A stretch of DNA of 64,000 nt from Azolla caroliniana. Taxonomy: Eukaryota > Plantae > Polypodiophyta. The stretch's first letter is position 1, and the number at the start of each line of letters is the position of its first letter. The stretch lies in the NCBI GenBank assembly GCA_043228905.1, contig JBHGNT010000001.1, positions 24,056,001-24,120,000 on the forward strand, in the 5' to 3' direction. Of this stretch, positions 1 through 10,300 are shown piece after piece. The translations under genes were made by a program, and so were the position numbers. The notes under the pieces are model-generated. The model was not told the origin of the DNA. It ran no database searches and worked only from the letters and a program-made list of their open reading frames with translations.

Positions 1-184
1 CCCATACCCCCCACGTACCCTATATTTGTCCCGATGAATGTACCACCACCTACCTCCCTACCCCCACCTATGAAACAATCACTGTCTCACTTCGAGACCA
101 TCAAATCCACCACACAGTCCTATCCTCGACCCTCAGTCCCTCGACCCCCAATTCCACGACCCACGCCTTACCCACGGCCCCTAA

Positions 185-2149
185 TCAAACGACCTACTCC
201 TCATCCCCGGCCCCCGGCCCCCGGCCCCCAGTCCCGCAACCCGCACCCAACACACGCACCACGGGACCGAAACTAAATCCTCTACCAGGCAAATACGTAG
301 GGGTAGACTTAGAAAATTACATTGGCTCCCGCTTCTTCAACCGTTAACCTACCTCCACATTTTACTGGGAAGGCAAACACCCTCCCAACTCGAGAATAGG
401 ATCACTAATCACTCATTGCACAACCTTTCCTCTTTCCACCTTCCTCCACCCCAACTCAAACTTCTAAGCTTAGGTCTAGACTTTATTCCCCCACCCAAAC
501 CTATTAGAAAACAACAATTGATAGACGTCGTTGTATCCTTGGATAGAACTTACCGCCTCAAATATTTCTTTAGAAACTCTACTAACATTATCTCTCCATT
601 TAGAATACCGAACCCTACTTGGAATCCCCCAACCGTGCCAGAAATCACACAAACCATCACATCTATCACCTCTGCCCTCCCCTCCCCACCCACCATCCAA
701 CCTCGCCCTCATAGGAACTTTAGAACTGCACTACATAATCTCAAAAACAATCAAGACATAGTTATTAAACCCACGGATAAAAATCTAGGCACGTGCATTC
801 TCTCTAAGGAGTGGTACCTTAACGAATGCCTTAGACAGCTCAACGACAAAAACACTTACACCCCCGTCAAAGACCTCCCCCTAGAAACTCTCCACAGTCG
901 ACTTGAACACCTATGTCTGAAAGCTTCCCCCCAACTCTCCAAGGAGGAAATTAGATTCCTCCTTCAGAAACCCAAACATGGTTTTAGGATATGTCGTTTC
1001 TACATCATCCCCAAAATCCACAAGCCCACTGTTGTAGGACGCCCTATCTACGTCTACAACAATTATGTTTTCGAAAGAGCCTCTAAATGGCTACACCATC
1101 TACTACATCTTGTCTTATTGTCTAAAAAACAACACCTCAAAGACTCCTTAACACTTGTTAAGGACCTAGCACACCACACCTTCCCCAAAACTTGCACGTT
1201 GTTTTCTTTTGACATAGTGTCACTATATCCCAGTATACCTACCACGGATGGTCTATTGGTTTTTAAAAAATCTATTTCACATCATTTCCCACCACACAAA
1301 ACCAAAATCATTATGAGTGTAGTTGAACTTACACTTAGAAACAATTTTCTCTCCTTTAATAATGCTTTTTGGTTACAAATTAAAGGCACTGCAATGGGTA
1401 ATAATTTTGCCGTTGTTTACGCTTGCTTGTTTCTTTCGCAGTTAGAGGACGACAACCTAGCTTTCCAAACACCGCAACTACTGTACTACAAACGCTACAT
1501 CGATGATGCCATAGGAGTTTGGGAAGGCTCCCCCGATACACTTCACACCTTCTTACACCAATACGATGTGCCTCTACAACAACACATCCGTATTGAATCA
1601 ACAACCTCCCCTAAAGAGATCACCATCCTGGACGTCGTCTTCTTCAAAGGCCCATACTTTAAAGAATTCGGCATCCTCGACACCGCATGGCACCAAAAAC
1701 CTCTCAATGCCTACATGTACCTCCTGTGGAAATCCTCGCACCCCATAGCACACAAAAAGGGCTTCATCACGGGAGAACTAAAACGGTATGCTATCCGGGA
1801 GAGCTCAGAAAATGGCTACATGGAACTGCGTAAAAAGTTCTACGACCGCCTAAGAGCTAGGGGCTACCTGTCGAAGTTCCTACTCAAGTGTTTTTCGACC
1901 GTCCCCTACTCCATACGAAACCAACTACTCTCTACCCAACCCAACAACAAAAAACCTCCACCCATTGTTTTTAAGCTTTGTTACTCCCCATGTATCAAAA
2001 AACTCCAAATCGAATTGCTCGTGACAAACAAACTTAAACCCCTTCTAGGACAACCACAATACAATTCCCTTACACCCCCTCTCACGTGTTGGCTAAATGG
2101 TAAAAATCTAAGAAACCACCTAGTACACTCATCCTTTCCCCCCACCTAA
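185..2149 (+). CDS. Penelope-like reverse transcriptase (frame open from ~185; ORF track starts at TTG 416)
   Basis: NLS..L...LLSLGLDFIP N-terminal motif, IKPTDKNLG, FYIIPKIHK, FDIVSLYPSIP, GTAMG, RYIDD, thumb SSHP..KGFITGELKRY..RLRARGY, ending NLRNHLVHS then stop. Pro-rich upstream part continues in another frame (34-276). Confidence 0.88.
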   Translation, partial: SNDLLLIPGPRPPAPSPATRTQHTHHGTETKSSTRQIRRGRLRKLHWLPLLQPLTYLHILLGRQTPSQLENRITNHSLHNLSSFHLPPPQLKLLSLGLDFIPPPKPIRKQQLIDVVVSLDRTYRLKYFFRNSTNIISPFRIPNPTWNPPTVPEITQTITSITSALPSPPTIQPRPHRNFRTALHNLKNNQDIVIKPTDKNLGTCILSKEWYLNECLRQLNDKNTYTPVKDLPLETLHSRLEHLCLKASPQLSKEEIRFLLQKPKHGFRICRFYIIPKIHKPTVVGRPIYVYNNYVFERASKWLHHLLHLVLLSKKQHLKDSLTLVKDLAHHTFPKTCTLFSFDIVSLYPSIPTTDGLLVFKKSISHHFPPHKTKIIMSVVELTLRNNFLSFNNAFWLQIKGTAMGNNFAVVYACLFLSQLEDDNLAFQTPQLLYYKRYIDDAIGVWEGSPDTLHTFLHQYDVPLQQHIRIESTTSPKEITILDVVFFKGPYFKEFGILDTAWHQKPLNAYMYLLWKSSHPIAHKKGFITGELKRYAIRESSENGYMELRKKFYDRLRARGYLSKFLLKCFSTVPYSIRNQLLSTQPNNKKPPPIVFKLCYSPCIKKLQIELLVTNKLKPLLGQPQYNSLTPPLTCWLNGKNLRNHLVHSSFPPT

Positions 2150-2267
2150 TGTTTTATGTACTCTCACCCCTCTTAACCCCCACCTAAAGTCTTGTGTACA
2201 CTCTTTTACCTCCCGTTTGTACACACTTTTGTATGTCTCACATACAAAGGACTCTCCTCCCTCTCCC

Positions 2268-2275
2268 TATAAAAA
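2268..2275 (+). promoter_or_regulatory. TATA box in PLE 3' terminal region
   Basis: CCC-TATAAAAA about 40 nt upstream of the hammerhead. Confidence 0.5.
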
Positions 2276-2311
2276 GAGCAACCTAGTAGGCTTAGTTTTC
2301 ATCATTTGTAC

Positions 2312-2357
2312 ATCGGGCACTGAAGAGCCTCCATCGAGGCGAAATGCGTTTGCCGAT
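2312..2357 (+). ncRNA. Minimal type I hammerhead ribozyme
   Basis: Stem I ATCGG(G)CA/TGCCGAT, core CTGAAGA (2320-2326), stem II GCCTC-CATC-GAGGC, GAAA (2341-2344), near-palindromic mini stem III A-TGCG-T, cleavage-site UH at 2349-2350. Confidence 0.8.
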
Positions 2358-3249
2358 CGTTGCCTTATGATAGTAAAACTTTCTTTCCTTCTATGTGTTG
2401 CTCTTATCTAATTTTTTGTCTTAAGTTCTTGAGTACTTATTTAATCAATTTTTATTAAGTACTTGTTTAATCACTTTTTTGTCAAATTTTTTTTGTCTTA
2501 AGTTTTTAAGTATTTATTTAATCATTTTCTATTAAGTAGTTGTTTAATAATCATTTTTATTACGTACTTGTTTAACCCTTTTTTTAAGTACTTGTTCAAT
2601 CATTTTTTGGTCTAACTTTTTGTTTAAACATTTGTTTAATTATTCTCCTCTGTTAATCATAATCATTCTCTTCTTAGCCATGACCCCTTTTCTTTAACCA
2701 TAATCCCTCCCTTCTCTTTTAATCATAACCTTGCTTTAAGTGTTTGCCCAAGTGTTTTCTTATCTAAATATTTGTTTAAACATTCGTTTAAGTACTTTGT
2801 TTTAGCAACCCCTTCCCCCTTAATCATAATCCCTTCTTAACCATAATCATTTTTTAATCTCAATCTCTCTTTTTTATTTATATTTATTTATTTATTTATT
2901 ATAATAATATTTCTTTTAAGTGTTTGTTTAAGCGTGTGTTTAAACAACTCCCTCTCACCTAAGCGTGTGGTTCCATTTTAATAATACTCTATTGGTGTCT
3001 AATAACTTAAGTTATCCCAATGATCTTTAATATGTTCTAAAAACTTTTATTAGGTTTAAATACTTTTGATATCTTCAACAAGCTACACTCCCCTAACCCC
3101 CCCACCCACGCCCTCACTTTTCTATTCCCCTAAAACTATATCACTACTTATGTTTAGACATACAAATAAGATCTAAACTTGAGTCCACCCCAAACAACCC
3201 TCGATGAAGTGCCACACACTTTAAGCAATCTTAAAAAAACGTCAATCAA

Positions 3250-5337
3250 GCGTTTTGTCTTGTTCCTCCATGCCTGGACAATGAACTGGATCCGCTCCAG
3301 TCCCATCTTCGATTTGTCCTCCGTGGCTTGCCGTTCTTCATTCAATTGCTTGATCAGCGTCACCGTGTCCGCCTCCTGCTCCCGGTAATGTGACAACTGG
3401 TTTTGGTATGTGGTCTGCAACCTCTACAATACCATTGCCGCTCTTTCCTTTTCTTCATAATGCTGCTTATGGAGCTCCATACGTTCCTACGCGGCTTCCT
3501 CCAGTAGCGTTGTTCTTTCAGCCCGTTCTTCCGCTAGTGCTGTCTCGGCTCGATGAACTTCCTGCCGGAGCTCAGCCATCTTCTCTTGCTGCTTCTTATG
3601 CTCTGTATCCAGGTGCTTAAAGTCCCGGTGCAGGTGCTCAAAATCATCGGTCTTCTGCTTCAGCTTCTGGTTGAGTTGCCGGTGAGCTCGGTCTTCTCGA
3701 TCTTTCTGTTGATGGAGTTCTTCCTTAAGTCTTTCAATCTCCATTTCCGCCATTTGTCGCAACATATCCTTTTCTTGCAGCACATTCTCTTTCTCCTCCT
3801 TAAGCCGGTCATATGCCTAATGTCCTTTCCGCAAATTCTCTTCTGCCCGGCAGAGGTTCTCAATAGTCTTTCTTTGTTCTTCTTCTACCGCTTTCTTCAA
3901 GTCCCTTTCTCGGGTGCGTAATGCTTCTTGTGCGGCCAGTTCATCTTTCAAATCAGCAAGCTCTTTTGCTTGCGCCGCCACTATCTCCAGAACTAGTTCC
4001 ATCTTCGGGGTCTTATTACTATGTACAGGTGCTTGTGTGTATTTATTCTGTACATCTACCAGAGTCACCGGTGCTTGGATCTGTGGTTCGGTTAAGGCCA
4101 TATTGGCCAATTCTTTTGTGGCCAGGTCCAAGTGTTGTTCTAGGCTCCGGATCCTCGACCGGGCCATCTCTAGTTCTCCGGTTGTGACTAGCAACCGGTC
4201 CATTTGCGCTTTCTCTTCCTCCTCTATGTAGTGCACCACTCCAACAATCTGTTCTCCAATCCATCGGAGCCATTGGCTGCCGGTACCCTGTTGTTGGGTC
4301 TGCACGGAGGGTTGGCTGCTTGGAGTGCCCTTTTCCGGTTCCCGTGGATGACCTCCCTTTTTGTTGAAATGACGTTTCTTGTTGAAATTCTTTTTGTTTC
4401 GGTAACCTTGACGGGGTTGGTCATCATACTTGCCATAGTGGTCTCGTCGTTGGTTGTAACCAGGGGAGTGATCCCAGTTGTATCTCTCGTACCGTCCATT
4501 ATAGTCCCGGTATCTATCCTATCTTTCATACCTATCATAAGCGTCTCTCCGATCGTTGTACCAAACATCTTGTGTCGGCCGGTAGCGCTCCTCTCGCCGC
4601 CAACGTTCTTCTTCTTCCTCCCGGTTGCTTCGTGGTTCAATTTGCCGGATCGGTGGTGCTTGCCGATTTAACAAGTTATACTCACACCATTCCATTGTGT
4701 GACTTCTGGAGTGGCAGAGCAAGCATTGGGAACGCATGGTGCATTCCAGCGCCAAATGTCTGGCATTCAGGCATGTCGTACATTGAATTGCTTGCCGGAA
4801 ACGGAGGTCCTCATCTGTCGGTAGTGCACGCTGAAGTGCGCCCATGGTTAGCCATGAACTTGAGTTTTCCATTTCCCGAACTCGGTCGATCACTTGATCT
4901 ATGCTGCTGGTGCGGAAATCAATGATGGTGCACACCATTCGTAAGGGTTCCCGGAGTGCTGCTAAGAATATGGCCTTTGTTTCTTCCTCCGGTGGTGTCC
5001 GGCTGAACTGACTGTGGATCCGCTGGAACCGGATGACAAACTATTGAATGTTCTCCGTTGGTTCCTGCCGGATATTGTAAATAAGACTACCATTTCCCGT
5101 TGGTCCATCTCCTTGTGAAAGAAATGCAAGAATTTTGTCTTTAATGTTTCAAACGTGGGGATGGTGCTGGGATCTTGTGTTCAGTGCCATCTGGCGGCCG
5201 GTCCCTCCAGGGTCATGTCGAACTCTACCCTTTTTGAGCGTTCCTCTTCGGCCGCATTTAAGCGTTGGGACACATGGTTTGCCTCCCAGGTCTGCTGAAA
5301 CGCATGGATGTGAGCTTCCGCATCTGGATCATCCCGG
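3250..5337 (-). pseudogene. Element E (Tat/Ogre-like gypsy): decayed gag C-terminal part (gag domain, two Zn knuckles) joined to a coiled-coil accessory ORF, pol absent
   Basis: Minus frames give ...AEAHIHAFQQTWEANH...TLEGPAARWH..., CTTCLNARHLALEC and CLLCHSRSHTMEWC, then Glu/Lys-rich coiled-coil ORFs (3817-4305, 3487-3783, 3154-3420). Continues the ORF at 11476-12091 across insertion A. Confidence 0.7.
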
Positions 5338-5884
5338 TGTCATGAAGACATACATCTTGGCTTATCATGACATTCATCTTGGCGAACCAGGAATCGAACC
5401 CGTAACCTCTTGGTTTACATATTGTACTTTAACCATTGTAATAACATATGTGAGATGTAATCATGATAATTATATGTTTAGTTATTACGAGATATTTAGA
5501 ACATTCTAGATTATTCTAGAATGTTCTTGAATATTTCATGATTATATTTATTATTATTATTATTCATAAATATCTAAAATATTCTAGAACATTCTAGAAT
5601 ACTCCATAAGGGCCTATAAATAAGAGTCCATACACTCATCACAACTCATTCGGTTCAACACCAGTCTTTAGCCCTTAGCCTACTCCTTGTAATCTTCTTT
5701 CTCATAATATAATCGCATTCCCATTTCTTATCTCTCACTTATACTTTTCTCTCTCTCGCACTCTCTCCCTCTTTCACTCTCTTTCTATCACTATCGCTAT
5801 CTCTACCGCTCTCGCCATCTCTATCGTTATCGTTATCTCTATCGCCATCGCTCTCTCTCTGTTTCCTACTCAAGAGTCACGACA
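5338..5884 (+). repeat. 5' LTR of element A
   Basis: TG..CA ends; TATAAATA at 5615-5622; matches 10929-11475. Confidence 0.97.
5498..5600 (+). promoter_or_regulatory. Heat shock element arrays in LTR A U3 (also in the 3' LTR, +5591)
   Basis: AGAAC ATTCT AGATT ATTCT AGAAT GTTCT TGAAT (5498-5532) and ATTCT AGAAC ATTCT AGAAT (5581-5600): alternating nGAAn/nTTCn units just upstream of the TATA box. Confidence 0.75.
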
Positions 5885-5969
5885 GTTTGAACCGAATATT
5901 TCTTTTCCCTTTCTCCAATAACCCTAGCAAGCTTTCTTCTTTATCCTTCTTTCTTTTTCCCCCGCGGTT

Positions 5970-7304
5970 ATGGAGTCGGTCAGCAAGCAAGAGTATATGC
6001 GTGTCCTTTCGGAGCTCGATATGCTCACCACTAAGTTTGTGGCATTAGAGCAAGAAAATCAAAGGCTACTCGGGGATCTTCAACAAGTCAGTACTGAGAA
6101 AGCTCATCAATATGAGGAGTTATCACAACGGGTTCATCAACTTGAGGCTACTATATTAGCATTACGAGAACAAGCGGCGGGGGTTCAAAACTCCCCAAGG
6201 GAACCAAAGATTAGCCTCCCTGCCAAGTTTGATGGTACCAGATCTCTCTTTCGAGGTTTCCTGAATCAAGTTCGTTTGGTGATTCAGTTACATCCCAATC
6301 GGTATCCAACTGATGCTGCCCGTGTGGGATTAATAGGAAGCGTTAGCATGGTTTGCACCACTTCTTGAGAAGAAATCACCATTACTGGAGGATTTCGAGG
6401 CATTCGTTAAGGAGTTTCAAGCTAGTTTTGGAGATACGGATAGCACTAGGACTGCAATAAACAAGATTCGAAGACTCCGACAAGGAGATCGTCCCGCTTC
6501 AGCTTATGCCGCAGATTTCCGTCTCTTGGCACCACTTCTTGAGAAGAAATCACCATTACTACAGCGTTAGCATGGTTTGCACCACTTCTTGAGAAGAAAT
6601 CACCATTACTGGAGGATTTCGAGGCATTCGTTAAGGAGTTTCAAGCTAGTGTTGGAGATACGGATAGCACTAGGACTGCAATAAACAAGATTCGAAGACT
6701 CCGACAAGGAGATCGTCCCGCTTCAGCTTATGCCGCAGATTTCCGTCTCTTGGCATGCGACATCCCTTGGGATGAGGCAGCCTTAATGGATCAATTCCGT
6801 CAGGGTTTGCGTAACGATGTCAAAGATCTTCTTCTTACTTTCCATGAAGATCCAAAGTCTCTTACTGAAGCTATTAGCCGAGCTGTGCGATGTGATAATC
6901 CCCTATTTGAGCGACGTTCTGAACGTCAACAAATGTTACGCCGCCAACCGGAACAGACATACGCTTCTATAGTCGCCACACCGCCACAAGGTTCTAGACC
7001 CGTTACGAGGGATGGTCCCACTCCGATGGAAATAGAGTCGACACAACGTCGCGGGCCCTTATCAGATGCTGAGAAACAACGACGTCGGGCGCATCGCCTA
7101 TGCCTCTACTGTGGTGGTCCAGGACATATAGCTGTGAATTGTCCACATAAACCCAGGCGTCAAGTTTACCAAGTAAGTGCACATGACAACCCTACATCAA
7201 GTTCTACTATCACTTCTAATAACTTAAGTACTAAGCCTACTAGCCCATGCCATGAGAATAGATTTGATGTCTTGAGCCAATTAGAGGATGTGTTAAACGA
7301 ATAA
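5970..7304 (+). pseudogene. gag of element A, disrupted by an internal deletion plus a 224-bp-period duplication
   Basis: Coiled-coil N-terminus, EPKISLPAKFDG, YAADFRLLACDIPW, GPTPME, CLYCGGPGHIAVNC knuckle; 6339-6530 is repeated at 6563-6754. Confidence 0.9.
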
Positions 7305-10300
7305 GTCCGGCCAAAATAGGAGCCATTTGGTTGGACCATCCTAGTTATGTAGAGTCAATACCTAGTTGTGGTTCCATTGCATCAAATCAAGTTAGTAGAG
7401 TTTTTTCTGCACAAGTCGAGCTTAGCACATCTACAGGTCATCGCGCCCTAGCCTCTGCCCTCCTAGATTCCGGAGCCAATTCTTGTTTCATGGATCGCGA
7501 GTTTGCATTGACTCAAAACATCATCTTGAAAAAACTCCCAAACCCAGTAGCTGTAGGAGTCATCGATGGTCGCCCTATAGCATCAGGAGATATAGTCGAA
7601 GAGTCTGAACCAATTCGTGTAGTCCTAGGTAATTTGGCTAGTGTCATCTCATTTAACATCATTAGTAGTCCGGAGCACTCTCTAGTTCTTGGTCTTCCTT
7701 GGTTTGAGTTACATAACCCAACCATTGATTGGAGAAAAAGAACTATTGAAGAGGTCACCGTACAATCCAAGTCTCTTGAAGCTCCAACTAAGGATCTAGG
7801 ATCCCCCACAATTTCAACAATCTCTATACATCAATTACGAGAGGATGGAAGAAAGGAAGACATGATGGTATTTGCGGTTTTAGCAACTCCCTCATCTAGC
7901 TCACAAGAATTGGGGGTCCAACTACCAAAGAAGTACATAGAATTCTCCGATGTGTTCGATAAGGTGAAGGCTAATAGACTACCAGAGCATCGACCATATG
8001 ATTGCCCAATTGATTTGCAGCCAGGAAAAGAGCCTCCATGGGGACCAATTTATAATCTTTCGCCCACGGAGTTAGAGGTTCTTCGAGAATATATCAATGA
8101 GAACTTGGCAAATGGTTTTATCCAACATTCAAAATCTCCTGCTGGTGCACCCATCTTTTTCGTTAAGAAGAAAGATGGTACACTTCGTATGGTCGTGGAT
8201 TATCGAGGCTTGAATAAAGTGACCGTTAGAAACCGATATGCTCTCCCATTGATCTCAAGCCTTCTAGAACGCCTCAGTGAAGCAAAGTATTTCACGAAGT
8301 TAGATCTTCGAGGTGCCTACAACCTTGTTCGAATTCGTCCTGGGGATGAATGGAAGACGGCGTTCCGCACTCGCTATGGTCATTTTGAGTACACAGTGAT
8401 GCCTTTTGGCCTCACGAATGCACCAGCAGTCTTCCAACATATGGCGAATGATATTTTTCGAGACTTCCTCGATATCTTCATCATTGTTTACCTGGATGAT
8501 ATCTTGATCTACTCAAAAACTCAAGAAGAACATGATATACATGTTCGCCAAGTTTTGCAACGGCTACGAGAGTATGGTCTCTATGCAAAATTGGAGAAGT
8601 GTAGTTTCGACCAACGTCAAGTGGAGTTTTTGGGGTACATAGTCTCTTCAAATGGCATCTCTATGGATCCATCAAAGGTTCAAACAATTTTGGATTGGCA
8701 AACACCACAGTCCGTGCGAGATGTGCAATGTTTTTTGGGGTTCGCAAACTTTTATCGCAAGTTCATCAAAGATTATTCAAAAATTGTGTTGCCCCTCACT
8801 CAACTGACGCACAAGAATCGATCATTTGTATGGAGTATAGATGCGAACTCTGCATTTGAGGGTTTAAAGCAAGCATTTACATCCGCACCAATCTTAATCC
8901 ATGTCGATCCAATGAGGCGCTTTATACTTGAAGCTGATGCATCGGATTTCGCACTCGGAAGTGTACTATCCCAAATTGGTGATGATGGTGAACTGCACCC
9001 GGTGGCTTTTCACTCACGAAAATTTGAAGCCGCAGAAATCAACTATGAGATTCACGACAAAGAGCTTCTTGCCATTGTGGATTCTTTTCAACAATGGCGT
9101 CATTTTCTGGAGGGTTCTTCTCAGCAGATTATTGTCTACAATGATCATAAAAATCTAACATACTTTCAAAGTGCTCGAGTCTTGAATCGACGACAAGCTC
9201 GTTGGGCGCAGTTCTTAACTCGTTTCGATTTTGTAATTCTATATCGCCCTGGGATGCAACAAGGAAAAGCAGATGCTTTATCTAGACGTTCGTATATGGA
9301 ACTTCAACCTGGAGAGGCCGCATTTGAAAGCCAAAAGCAAATCCTCTTAGGTCCTGATCGTCTACGAATAATGGCAATGCATACCATCAACACACCGGGA
9401 GATTCAAGGCTTCTTGATTCCATTCGTGAGCAGATTGCGACTGATGCGTTCGCCCAAGAGGTTTTGAGCCATATTATCCCAAATCGTGCATCTAGCTCCC
9501 AAACTCAAAATCCTCGTCTAGACTACACCCAGTTTAGTTGGCATGATGGGTTACTTTTTCGACAAACTCTCTTGTATGTGCCTGACGGTCCTTCTCGACT
9601 CAAAGTCATGCAACAATGTCATGACACACCAATGGCGGGACACTTCGGCATCCACAAGACTTTTGAGTTGATTTCTCGCCGATATTGGTGGCCACGGCTT
9701 CGCCATTTTGTTACGGATTATGTTCGTAGCTGTGATACATGTTGCCGATCAAAAAAGCCTCGACATCATCCATATGGCTTATTACAGCCAATGCCTATTC
9801 CGGAGAGCCCATGGAAATCTATTTCCTTGGACTTTATTACGGATCTTCCACCTTCCAAGGCATTTGATTCGATTCTCACGGTTGTCGATCGTTTTACGAA
9901 GATGGCACATTTCCTTCCATGCACAAAGACCATTACTAGTCAAGAGACAGCTGATTTACTCATGCGGGAGGTGTTTCGCCATCATGGTCTTCCGGATGAT
10001 ATTATCAGTGATCGGGATCCCCAATTCATCTCGAAATTTTGGCGGCACATGTTCAGACTCTTACATACTTCTTGTAAACTTTCTTCCGGCTACCATCCAG
10101 AGACTAATGGGCAGAGTGAGCGCACCAACCAAACAGTCGAGCAATATCTACGTTGTTTTGTCAACTATCAACAAGATGATTGGGTGGATTTACTACCTTT
10201 GGCAGAATTTGCTTATAACAACTCCGAGCATTCTTCTACTGGATATTCCCCATTTTTTGCAAACATTGGGTACCATCCTCGTTGGACGATGCTTGAACAT

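Larger units (their letters stand above)
1..2410 (+). mobile_element. Penelope-like retroelement (PLE), 5' end outside window, no GIY-YIG endonuclease after the RT
   Basis: RT ORF with PLE-type motifs, followed by a TATA box and a minimal hammerhead ribozyme as in PLE pseudo-LTRs. The 3' boundary is approximate. Confidence 0.85.
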
